Shown: piece by piece, positions 56,001 to 64,000 of the stretch
Layout: every line of letters begins with the position of its first letter
Position numbering within the stretch: the stretch's first letter is position 1
Assembly: GCA_041494885.1 (NCBI GenBank)
Contig: JBGQBO010000007.1
Coordinates: forward strand, 851-64,850
DNA: 64,000 nucleotides
Direction: 5' to 3'
DNA from: Terriglobia bacterium
GTDB taxonomy: Bacteria; Acidobacteriota; Terriglobia; JAIQFV01
Notes under the pieces: generated by a model
What the model was told of the DNA's origin: nothing
The model's input: the letters and a program-made list of their open reading frames with translations, nothing else
The model's database searches: none
Position numbers and translations under genes: made by a program

Positions 56001-56234
56001 ATGATGGAAATCTCAAAACCGCAGGACATCGAACTTAAAGGAGAAATTGCCGAGATATTTGATAAAAAGGGACAGCGCTTTGTGAAGGTCTCATTGAATC
56101 CCTGCTTGATTGAGTTGACTTTGGAAGGATCCCCCGAAATGCAGTTGGGAGACACGGTCGTTCTCAGGGCCAACCTGATGATTGGAGGCGTAGAAATTCT
56201 ATTCAGCAATCCTTCAGCTTCTTTCAAGTCATAA
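56001..56234 (+). CDS. Small hypothetical protein (77 aa), first ORF downstream of the sigma-54 promoter
   Basis: MMEISKPQDIELKGEIAEIFDKKGQRFVKVSLNPCLIELTLEGSPEMQLGDTVVLRANLMIGGVEILF. Beta-rich look, weak RBS, no family recognised. Confidence 0.35.
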   Translation: MMEISKPQDIELKGEIAEIFDKKGQRFVKVSLNPCLIELTLEGSPEMQLGDTVVLRANLMIGGVEILFSNPSASFKS

Positions 56235-56300
56235 GATTTCGCCTCGTTTTGTTTCTGCTTTCTTTCACCTTTTGTGGTTCAAATCGTCAAGGAGGATGTA

Positions 56301-57422
56301 ATGACCGACAAGCGTCTCACCATTTGGGAACAAGCCCGGTTGCACGGCTATTCCCGTCGGGAGTTTGTGCAATTCTGCGGTTGGATCGCCGCCGCCGCCG
56401 GGATCGAAGCCACCGGGGTGCCGAGGGTGATCGAGGCCCTCGATACCAAGCCCCGCCTGCCCGTTGTATGGTTTCATTTCCAGGAATGCACCTGCTGCAG
56501 TGAATCCTTCATTCGTTCTTCCCACCCCATCGTCTCCGACATTGTGTTAGACAAGATTTCACTGGATTACACGGAGACGCTGCAGGCAGCCGCCGGAAAG
56601 CAGGCCGAGGAAGCACTTCACCAGACCATGGCCAAGTACAAAGGTGAGTACCTGATGCTGGTGGAAGGCTCGGTCCCCACTGAGGAAGACGGGGTTTACT
56701 GCTGCATTGGCGGTCGCACGGCGCTGGATATCGTTAAAGAGGCCGCCGCCAATGCCAAGGCGATTGTCTGTTGGGGCAGTTGCGCCTCGAACGGTTGCAT
56801 CCAGGCCGCCAAGCCGAATCCCACCGGCGCCACGCCGATCCACAAGCTGATCTCCGGCAAGCCGATCATCAATGTGCCCGGCTGCCCGCCCATCGCCGAA
56901 GTGATGGCCGGAACGATTGTCCACCTGCTCGCTTTCGACCGCATCCCGCAGCTCGACGGCTTGGGCCGACCGAAGGCCTTTTACTCGCGGCGCATTCATG
57001 ACACCTGCTACCGTCGTCCCAACTATGACGCGGGATTGTTTGTGGAGACCTTTGACGATGAGAACGCACGGCGAGGCTATTGCCTCTACAAGGTCGGTTG
57101 CCGCGGTCCGGTAACCTACAATTCCTGCGGCGTGATGCGATGGAACAATGGCGTCAGCTACCCCATCCAGTCGGGGCACGGGTGCATCGGTTGCACCGAG
57201 GCCAACTTCTGGGACAACGGCCCGTTCTATCAGCATCTCGCTTCGTTCCCGGGATTTGGGATTGAATCCACTGCCGACACGGTGGGTGTCACGGTAGGCG
57301 CGCTCACGGCAGTCGGGATCGCCGCCCACGCTATCACGACCAATATCAAGAAACGGCGCCAACTTCGCCAGGAAATCAAAGACAGCTCCCCTTCTGCTGA
57401 AGAAAAGAAAGGCGGTGAGTAA
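56301..57422 (+). CDS. hupS: Group 1 membrane-bound [NiFe]-hydrogenase small subunit, Tat-exported
   Basis: AAGGAGG RBS. Tat motif SRREFVQFCGWIAAAAG. CTCCSESFIRSSHP, GCPPI, Fe-S Cys sets. C-terminal TM anchor VGALTAVGIAAHAITT. Confidence 0.9.
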   Translation: MTDKRLTIWEQARLHGYSRREFVQFCGWIAAAAGIEATGVPRVIEALDTKPRLPVVWFHFQECTCCSESFIRSSHPIVSDIVLDKISLDYTETLQAAAGKQAEEALHQTMAKYKGEYLMLVEGSVPTEEDGVYCCIGGRTALDIVKEAAANAKAIVCWGSCASNGCIQAAKPNPTGATPIHKLISGKPIINVPGCPPIAEVMAGTIVHLLAFDRIPQLDGLGRPKAFYSRRIHDTCYRRPNYDAGLFVETFDDENARRGYCLYKVGCRGPVTYNSCGVMRWNNGVSYPIQSGHGCIGCTEANFWDNGPFYQHLASFPGFGIESTADTVGVTVGALTAVGIAAHAITTNIKKRRQLRQEIKDSSPSAEEKKGGE

Positions 57423-59140
57423 TGCCCAGCCGAATCGTTATCGATCCCATCACTCGCATTGAAGGCCACCTCCGGGTGGAAGTAGAAGTTCAGAATGGTA
57501 AGGTGGTGGATGCTTACAGTTCCGGCACGATGGTCCGCGGTTTTGAAATCATCCTGAAGGGCCGCGACCCGCGCGACGCCTGGGCCTTTACGGAACGCGC
57601 CTGCGGGGTGTGCACAACGGTCCACGCCCTGGCCTCGGTCCGCACCGTTGAAGACGCCCTGGGGATTACGGTCCCCCCGAATGCGGAACTGGTGCGGAAT
57701 CTCATGTTCTGCACCCAGTACATGCAGGACCACGTCGTTCACTTTTACCATCTCCATGCGCTCGACTGGGTGGATATTGTCAGCGCGCTGAAGGCCGATC
57801 CCAAGAAGACTTCTGAACTCGCCCAGAGCATCTCCAACTGGCCCAAGAGCTCTCCGGCTTACTTTTCAGACCTCCAGAAGCGCCTGACCGCTTTTGTCAG
57901 CAGTGGCCAGCTGGGAATCTTCGCGAATGGCTACTGGGGACACGGCGCGTACAAGCTGCCGCCCGAGGTCAATCTTATTGGCACGGCGCATTATCTGGAA
58001 GCCCTGGAGTGGCAAAAGGAAATCGTCAAAATTCACACCATTTTTGGCGGAAAGAATCCGCACCCGAATTACCTGGTCGGCGGCGCGCCCTGTGCAGTCA
58101 ACCTGGATGATTCCAACGCCTTGAATGCAGAACGGCTCGCTTATGTCGGGACCCTGCTCAATCAAGCCAAGGAGTTCATCGAGCAGGTATACATTCCCGA
58201 CCTGCTGGCTGTTGCTTCTTTTTACAAGGATTGGGGCGCCATTGGAGGCGGCTTGCCGAATTACCTGGTCTACGGCGACCTTCCGACCAATGGTTACGCC
58301 GATCTTTCCAAGTTCAAGTTCCCGCGCGGGGCCATCCTCAATCGAAATTTGAACGAAGTCCATGAGGTCGACGGGAAGAACGCGGAACAAGTTCAGGAAT
58401 CCATCGCTCATTCCTGGTACGAATATTCCGATGGCGACAACGCAGCGAAACATCCCTGGGTGGGGGAAACCAAGCTGAAGTACACCGGTCCAAAACCACC
58501 CTACGAGTACCTCGATGTCAAACAGAAATACAGCTGGTTGAAAACGCCGCGATGGAAAGGAAACGCGATGGAGGTGGGTCCGCTGGCGCGTCTGCTGGTG
58601 GCGTATGCTTCCGGTCGCGAAGAAGTCAAAGAGATCATCAATGCAACCCTGAAGAAGCTGGATGTTCCCGTGACGGCCCTGTTCTCCACGTTGGGACGCA
58701 CGGCGGCCCGAGGTCTCGAAACCATGTTGATCGCCGGCTGGGCGAAGGAGTTTTACCAGCAGTTGCTCACCAACATCAAAAACGGCGATTCACGCATGTT
58801 CAATAATGAAAAATGGGATCCGGACACCTGGCCCACCGAAGCCAAGGGAGTCGGGCTCAGCGAGGCGCCCCGCGGCGCCCTGGCGCACTGGATTGTCATC
58901 AAGAACAAGAAAATCGAGAACTACCAGCTGGTCGTACCCAGCACCTGGAACGCCTCTCCGCGCGACAGCAAGGGCCAGATGTCAGCCTACGAAGCCGCGT
59001 TGATCGGCACCCCGGTATTGAATCCCGAACAGCCGTTGGAAGTGATACGGACGATTCATTCGTTTGATCCCTGTATCGCCTGTGCCGTTCACCTCTATGA
59101 TGAAAAAGGGACGTACGTTCACTCCATCAACACTTACTAG
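57422..59140 (+). CDS. hupL: Group 1 [NiFe]-hydrogenase large subunit
   Basis: ITRIEGHLRVEV, L1 ERACGVCTTVHALAS, L2 DPCIACAVH plus a 15-aa cleavable tail. The ATG overlaps the small-subunit stop by 1 nt. Confidence 0.9.
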   Translation: MPSRIVIDPITRIEGHLRVEVEVQNGKVVDAYSSGTMVRGFEIILKGRDPRDAWAFTERACGVCTTVHALASVRTVEDALGITVPPNAELVRNLMFCTQYMQDHVVHFYHLHALDWVDIVSALKADPKKTSELAQSISNWPKSSPAYFSDLQKRLTAFVSSGQLGIFANGYWGHGAYKLPPEVNLIGTAHYLEALEWQKEIVKIHTIFGGKNPHPNYLVGGAPCAVNLDDSNALNAERLAYVGTLLNQAKEFIEQVYIPDLLAVASFYKDWGAIGGGLPNYLVYGDLPTNGYADLSKFKFPRGAILNRNLNEVHEVDGKNAEQVQESIAHSWYEYSDGDNAAKHPWVGETKLKYTGPKPPYEYLDVKQKYSWLKTPRWKGNAMEVGPLARLLVAYASGREEVKEIINATLKKLDVPVTALFSTLGRTAARGLETMLIAGWAKEFYQQLLTNIKNGDSRMFNNEKWDPDTWPTEAKGVGLSEAPRGALAHWIVIKNKKIENYQLVVPSTWNASPRDSKGQMSAYEAALIGTPVLNPEQPLEVIRTIHSFDPCIACAVHLYDEKGTYVHSINTY

Positions 59141-59149
59141 GAGGCGCGC

Positions 59150-59836
59150 ATGGAAAGAAACTCCATCCGACGAGTTTATGTGTGGCAGCTTCCGGTGAGG
59201 TTCTACCACTGGCTGAATGCCCTGACAGTTACCACCTCGGTCATCACGGGGTACCTGATCGGAAAACCGTTGGCCATTCAACTGGGACGGGAAGCTTCCT
59301 TTGGTTATTGGTTTGGGACGGTGCGTTTCATTCATTTCCTGGCCGCGTTTGTGTTCTTCTTCAACTTCATCTTCCGCATTTACTGGGGATTCGCCGGCAA
59401 CCGGTTCGCCGGCTGGAAGAACTTCATTCCGACCCAAAAGAGACAATGGAAGGAAGTGGGGCAGGTTTTGAAAGTCGATGTGCTGCAGGCTGAAGGGAAG
59501 CCCATTGAATCGATCGGGCACAACAGCCTGGCCGGCCTCACGTATTTTCTCACGTTCCTGGCCTTTCTGTTCCAGTCTGTCACCGGTTTCGGGATGTACT
59601 CCGCGATGAGCAACGCCCGGCTGCCCCGGTTGTTCGCTTGGATCGTCCCCCTGATGGGCGGAGACTTTGCCGTCCGCCAATGGCACCATATGATGATGTG
59701 GTTCTTCATCATCTTCTCGATGGTGCATGTCTACCTGGTGTTTTATCACGATTACGTGGAGGGCCGGGGAATCTTGTCTTCGATGGCGGGCGGATGGAAA
59801 TTCATTGAAAAAGAGGTTCAACCCAAGGCAGAGTAG
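59150..59836 (+). CDS. hupC: Ni/Fe-hydrogenase b-type cytochrome subunit
   Basis: VYVWQLPVRFYHWLNALTV, 4 TM with heme-ligand His (RFIHFLAAFVFFFNF, WHHMMMWFFIIFSMVHVYLVFYHD). Confidence 0.85.
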   Translation: MERNSIRRVYVWQLPVRFYHWLNALTVTTSVITGYLIGKPLAIQLGREASFGYWFGTVRFIHFLAAFVFFFNFIFRIYWGFAGNRFAGWKNFIPTQKRQWKEVGQVLKVDVLQAEGKPIESIGHNSLAGLTYFLTFLAFLFQSVTGFGMYSAMSNARLPRLFAWIVPLMGGDFAVRQWHHMMMWFFIIFSMVHVYLVFYHDYVEGRGILSSMAGGWKFIEKEVQPKAE

Positions 59837-59846
59837 CTTGGGATAT

Positions 59847-59873
59847 GTAGGGCGACCAGACTGGTCGCCCTAC
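59847..59873. other. Perfect 27-nt palindrome/hairpin 10 nt after the cytochrome b stop
   Basis: gtagggcgaccagactggtcgccctac. No T-run follows. Confidence 0.7.
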
Positions 59874-59922
59874 TTGAAGCAGCACAAAGTCGCAGGGGGC
59901 TGTTGGAGGTAGGAGCAAGATG

Positions 59923-59960
59923 CCCAGGACCCTCCGCAAGGGGGAGAGCCCTGGGTTTTT
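59923..59960 (+). terminator. Intrinsic terminator between cytochrome b and the endopeptidase gene
   Basis: cccagg...cctggg outer stem with an inner GC pairing, followed by ttttt (59956-59960). Confidence 0.55.
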
Positions 59961-60131
59961 CTCCTTCTCAATCCAAAAGATTGTTCTTCCTCAGTTGACC
60001 TCTTCCTTATCTTCCTTAATAATCCTGAATTGCGAAATCTGAAGTGGGCGAATGGAGCTCGGGGCGGGGATTCCAACTCCTGGGTGTCCTCCCATCTAGT
60101 CTTCGGACCTGAGAGTAATGAGTGCCTGACC

Positions 60132-60599
60132 ATGGACGAAGATCCGATTCTCATTCTAGGCATCGGCAACTATTTGATGGGGGACGAAGGGGTTGGTGTT
60201 CATGCCATCCGCCAGCTTGAACAATTATCCTTCCCGGCCCATGTCCACCTGTTGGACGGTGGCACCGGCGGATTTCATCTGATGTCGTATCTTGAGAGTT
60301 ACCGTTCCATCATCATGATTGACGCGACGATGGATGGAAATCCGCCTGGCACCCTCCGGATCATAAAGCCGCGCTTTGCCACCGACTTTCCGAGGTCCCT
60401 CACTGCGCATGACATCGGTTTGCGCGACCTGGTGGAGTCCATGGCCCTGCTCGGGCGATTGCCTCAAATCACTCTCATCACAGTGTCCATTGAGGACATC
60501 CAATCGATGTCCACCGACCTTTCTCCGTTGGTTCACGCATCTCTCCCTAAAATCGCTGATACCGTATTCAAGATTCTGGGTGCCAGGGAAGCGCATTAA
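60132..60599 (+). CDS. hupD: Hydrogenase maturation endopeptidase (HyaD/HupD type)
   Basis: ILILGIGNYLMGDEGVGVHA, IMIDA, TAHDIGL. Confidence 0.85.
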   Translation: MDEDPILILGIGNYLMGDEGVGVHAIRQLEQLSFPAHVHLLDGGTGGFHLMSYLESYRSIIMIDATMDGNPPGTLRIIKPRFATDFPRSLTAHDIGLRDLVESMALLGRLPQITLITVSIEDIQSMSTDLSPLVHASLPKIADTVFKILGAREAH

Positions 60600-60940
60600 T
60601 TCAACGTGAATTACGGAATTATCCTTTGAGCGATTCTTTCGCCCCCCGAGGCAGGGCTTCAGGTGGGAGTACCATCTGAGTGCCCTCCAGACTTTTCAAG
60701 AGCACATTGATATTTCCTCGCCTCTAAGGCCCAGAGATGTCCCCTCCCGTCGACCGTGCTCTCGACATGGCAAGATCCCGGTTGATTACGCGCCACCAAA
60801 AGAATACAGTTAGCGCATAAGCACTACGGCCCAGTACTGGGCGGCTTCCGAAGGGCGGGACCTGCTCATCTTCCGGCGGGATCACCTTCAGTTTCTCCCG
60901 CGAGGCGGGCCTGCATAGGTGAGTTGTTTTCTCTGATCGG

Positions 60941-62374
60941 ATGGAGGTCGAACCCTTGTCAAAATCAAAATTATTAAGCCCTCGATTTCTCTGCCTTGCA
61001 GTCTGCTTGTTTCTCTCTTTATGGATGCTTAGCGCCGCTCAACATGGCGCACCCAGCGTTGCTTCAGAAATGGCCCGGCCCGTTCCCGCATGGGTGCGTG
61101 ACGGGGTCCTTTACGAGATCTTCCCCCGTGACTTCTCGCCCGAGGGCAGCTTCAACGGCATCACTGCACGGTTGGACGACTTGAAAGATCTTGGCGTGAC
61201 CATCGTTTGGCTGATGCCAATCCATCCGGTCGGTCAAGAAGGCAAGAAAGGAACTCTGGGCAGCCCCTACGCTGTGCGCGACTACTACTCCATCAATCCT
61301 AATTACGGCACCAAAGATGATCTCCACCGGCTGATCGCAGAAGCTCATCACCGCGGCCTTAAGGTCATCCTTGATATGGTTGCGAATCACACGGCCTGGG
61401 ACAGCGTGATGATGAAGAACCCGGACTTCTACCGGCATGATGCCAGCGGCAAAATCGTTTCGCCCGTTCCGGACTGGTCCGACGTGGCCGCCTTGAACTA
61501 CGATAGCCCCCGGTTGCGAGATTACATGGTGGACATGCTGAAATACTGGCTGCGTGAGTTCAATTTGGATGGGTTCCGCTGCGACGTGGCTGGAATGCTC
61601 CCGACGGACTTTTGGGAGCACGCGCGACAGGAACTTCAGACCATTAAACCGGATCTTCTGATGCTTGCCGAGGCCGACAAGCCTGACCTGCTGGTGAAGG
61701 CTTTCGATCTGGATTATGCGTGGCCTTTTCATGCCGCGCTCACGAAGGTCATCATCGGAGACGCCCCCGCCACTGCGCTGCACAAGGAGTGGCAGCAGGA
61801 ACGGGCTACATTCCCTCGGGGGGCCTTGCACATGCGCTTTTCAGACAACCACGACGAGCTTCGTGCCATCGTGCGCTTCGGCGAACGCGGCGCCCTGGCC
61901 GCTTCTGCATTGATTCTTACAATGGATGGGGTGCCCCTGATCTACAATGGCATGGAGGTAGGTGACACGACGGAGTCTGCGGCACCCGCGCTCTTTGAAA
62001 AAATGTCAATTTTCTGGAAGATCGCGGAACGGCGGACTGAGTTTTCACGTTTTTATCATGAAATGATTGCCCTGCGGCGCGCCCATCCAGCCTTGCGGCA
62101 AGGTGAAACGGAGTGGGTGCGCAACTCTGACGAAGTGCGTGTCGCCACCTACTTTCGCCGGACCGGCTCCGAAGAATTTCTCGTTGCCATCAATCTCTCG
62201 AATCGCCCATTTGAAGGCACCCTCGAACTCAGGGACGGGTCGTCATTCCTGGACGTAACTCCAAAGAGTTATGCCTCCTCCAACGGAGACAACGTCCCGC
62301 GACGCATTACTTTGCCTGGACTGAATCTGGAGGCTTGGGGATTCCGGGTTTTTCAACGCTCTTCCCCTCACTGA
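60941..62374 (+). CDS. Secreted GH13 alpha-amylase-family glycosidase
   Basis: Signal/anchor FLCLAVCLFLSLWMLSAAQ. GH13 regions I DMVANH, II GFRCDVAGM, III MLAEAD, IV FSDNHD. Confidence 0.85.
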   Translation: MEVEPLSKSKLLSPRFLCLAVCLFLSLWMLSAAQHGAPSVASEMARPVPAWVRDGVLYEIFPRDFSPEGSFNGITARLDDLKDLGVTIVWLMPIHPVGQEGKKGTLGSPYAVRDYYSINPNYGTKDDLHRLIAEAHHRGLKVILDMVANHTAWDSVMMKNPDFYRHDASGKIVSPVPDWSDVAALNYDSPRLRDYMVDMLKYWLREFNLDGFRCDVAGMLPTDFWEHARQELQTIKPDLLMLAEADKPDLLVKAFDLDYAWPFHAALTKVIIGDAPATALHKEWQQERATFPRGALHMRFSDNHDELRAIVRFGERGALAASALILTMDGVPLIYNGMEVGDTTESAAPALFEKMSIFWKIAERRTEFSRFYHEMIALRRAHPALRQGETEWVRNSDEVRVATYFRRTGSEEFLVAINLSNRPFEGTLELRDGSSFLDVTPKSYASSNGDNVPRRITLPGLNLEAWGFRVFQRSSPH

Positions 62375-62760
62375 ACCTGCGGGAGGATAGAAGTAATAAG
62401 GTGACAGGAAGGAGGGTTGAGGCGGGAGTCACTTCATTTTGGGGCTCAGTGGCTTGACGTCCCCGGACAATCTGGTCGAAGTCGTTCAAACCGGTAGCTG
62501 GATGACCCTCGATCCAAAGAATGCGATTCAGGAGTTGGAGAAACTGGACTATAATCTACCGCGCGTCATTCGGGGGGTTGCCGGCCTCAAGGGAGATTCC
62601 TCAATCAACTATCGCGCCCTCTCTCACTTGAAGAGCTTGGGGCTCCGATAAGTCCGCGGTTCCTTTTCGTGGATTGCAGAGCGGGGGCTTCAGGGATTAA
62701 TCGACAACTCCTTAAGGCAGCATTAAGGTAACCACCAACCAGTGGACTCAGTCCGCCATT

Positions 62761-63123
62761 ATGCATGAGCTTTCAATCGCACAGAACGTGATCGAAATCG
62801 TTCAACAAAACCTGCCGCCGGCCCCACACCCTGGAGTCAGATCAGTCAAGATGAAAGTGGGTGAAATGGCGGGGGTGGTGATTGACTCACTGGAATTCTG
62901 TTTCAGTGCGATCATCCCGGGCACTCCCCTCGAGGGGGCGCGGCTCGAAATTGAGCGTGTCCCTGTTGTCGCGCATTGCCGGAGGTGCGAGGTTCACTTC
63001 GAGGTGGACCACTATGCCTTTGTTTGTCCTTCCTGTGAGAACATCGAGATTGAAGTTATTTCCGGAAGAGAACTTCAGGTAGTGGAAGTGGAGCTTCTGG
63101 ATGAGAAAGTGGGAGCCGTATGA
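62761..63123 (+). CDS. hypA: Hydrogenase nickel-insertion protein HypA
   Basis: MHE Ni-binding N-terminus. Zn site CRRC...CPSC. Confidence 0.9.
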   Translation: MHELSIAQNVIEIVQQNLPPAPHPGVRSVKMKVGEMAGVVIDSLEFCFSAIIPGTPLEGARLEIERVPVVAHCRRCEVHFEVDHYAFVCPSCENIEIEVISGRELQVVEVELLDEKVGAV

Positions 63124-63776
63124 ATGTGATCACGATTGAGCGAAAGGTGTTAGAAAAAAACGATGAGATTGCGCGTTTGAATCGGGCGCTTTTTGCCCAG
63201 CACGGCATTTTTGCGTTGAATTTCGTGAGCTCGCCCGGCTCAGGTAAAACAAGCATCCTGGAGCGGACCTTGGAGCACTTGGGGGGACGACTCAAGATCG
63301 CGGTGATCGAGGGAGATGTACAGACCGATCTCGACGCCCAACGGGTGGCGCAGTACAACGTTCCGGTCGTGCAGATCGTCACCCATGGCGGATGCCATTT
63401 GGAAGCCAAACTGGTTTACGATGCCCTGAACCGAATCAACCTCGAGAATATCGATGTGTTTGTTATTGAAAATGTAGGCAACCTGGTTTGTCCCGCCAAC
63501 TATGATCTCGGTGAAGCGATGAAGGTGGTGGTCATGAGCACCACCGAAGGGGAGGACAAGCCGTTGAAGTACCCCGGGATGTTCCGAAACTCAACTGTTC
63601 TTCTCATCAATAAGATCGACCTGCTGCCCTACGTTCCCTGCAACATCGAGAAGCTCAGGAGGAATGCCCTCCAAATCAACCCCTCCCTCATCATTTTCGA
63701 AACCTCGTGCACTACCTTGGCGGGGATTCCGGAATGGTGTGATTGGCTGGTCGAGAAAGTGCCGATTGCAGAGTGA
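63120..63776 (+). CDS. hypB: Hydrogenase accessory GTPase HypB
   Basis: P-loop SSPGSGKTS, ENVGNLVCP, NKIDL. ATGA overlap with hypA. No His-rich or CxxCGC N-terminal extension. Confidence 0.9.
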   Translation: MNVITIERKVLEKNDEIARLNRALFAQHGIFALNFVSSPGSGKTSILERTLEHLGGRLKIAVIEGDVQTDLDAQRVAQYNVPVVQIVTHGGCHLEAKLVYDALNRINLENIDVFVIENVGNLVCPANYDLGEAMKVVVMSTTEGEDKPLKYPGMFRNSTVLLINKIDLLPYVPCNIEKLRRNALQINPSLIIFETSCTTLAGIPEWCDWLVEKVPIAE

Positions 63777-64000
63777 TCCAGCGTATCCACATCGTCATCC
63801 AAGGCGCTGTACAAGGCGTCGGTTTCCGGCCATTCATTTACCGATTATCCCGGGCTATGGATCTTCCCGGCTGGGTGTCGAACTCTGCGCAGGGTGTCTT
63901 TATTGAGGTCGAGGGAGAGAAAAGGGACCTTGACGCTTTCCTGCTTCGAGTTGAGAAAGAAAAGCCACGGCACGCCTCCATCCAAAGCCTCGAATACTCG
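63773..64000 (+). CDS. hypF: Carbamoyltransferase HypF, N-terminal acylphosphatase domain (partial, runs off the window)
   Basis: GTG overlapping the hypB stop (GTGA). IHIVIQGAVQGVGFRPFIYRLSRAMDLPGWVSNSAQGVFIEVEG is an acylphosphatase-like fold signature. Confidence 0.8.
   Translation, partial: MIQRIHIVIQGAVQGVGFRPFIYRLSRAMDLPGWVSNSAQGVFIEVEGEKRDLDAFLLRVEKEKPRHASIQSLEYS

Noticed and set aside
45585-59140. Selenocysteine-containing [NiFeSe] large subunits.
   Set aside because: Both large subunits have Cys at all four CxxC ligand positions. There is no in-frame TGA.
62439-62651. 70-aa ORF between the GH13 gene and hypA as a real gene.
   Set aside because: No RBS and no recognisable family. 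It may be a remnant, and the support is insufficient.

Overview
Moderately GC-rich bacterial chromosomal window with about 55 plausible protein genes and no rRNA, tRNA or CRISPR array that I could see. All calls come from reading motifs in the supplied translations and DNA; no database search was run. The content (many ECF sigma/anti-sigma pairs, a Ser/Thr kinase-coupled sigma factor, TPR and VOC-fold proteins, short-period intergenic repeats) fits a soil or sediment Acidobacteriota-like organism, which is inference only. The right half is a hydrogen-metabolism region. It holds a group 3b (sulfhydrogenase-type) NAD(P)-linked [NiFe]-hydrogenase operon at 42230-46937 with an embedded stand-alone cNMP-binding protein. 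Two tandem maturation endopeptidases, a PflX-like radical SAM protein and a sensor-less sigma-54 activator follow it. Further right is a membrane-bound group 1 uptake [NiFe]-hydrogenase operon (small, large, cytochrome b, protease; 56301-60599), preceded by a good sigma-54 promoter with two upstream dyads, then hypA, hypB and the start of hypF. Between the two hydrogenase loci lies an accessory patch: hairpin clusters, an 85-bp repeat pair, two MITE-like elements with perfect 20-bp terminal inverted repeats bracketing a visibly AT-richer cassette, a truncated PhnB-like gene and a hicAB pair with a frameshifted toxin. The left half carries housekeeping and stress genes: ada, maeB, an NRAMP-like transporter with a soluble MgtE-N/CBS partner, a GH63-like glucosidase, an MsrPQ-like Mo-oxidoreductase and an FCY1-type cytosine deaminase. 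It also has several gene remnants. The least explained items are three. First, a roughly 1700-aa protein with dikinase modules in inverted order behind an unrecognisable 950-aa N-terminal region. Second, a radical SAM/SPASM cassette with a translationally coupled 22-codon ORF and a 121-aa unknown protein. Third, the MgtE-sensor plus non-canonical NRAMP pair.
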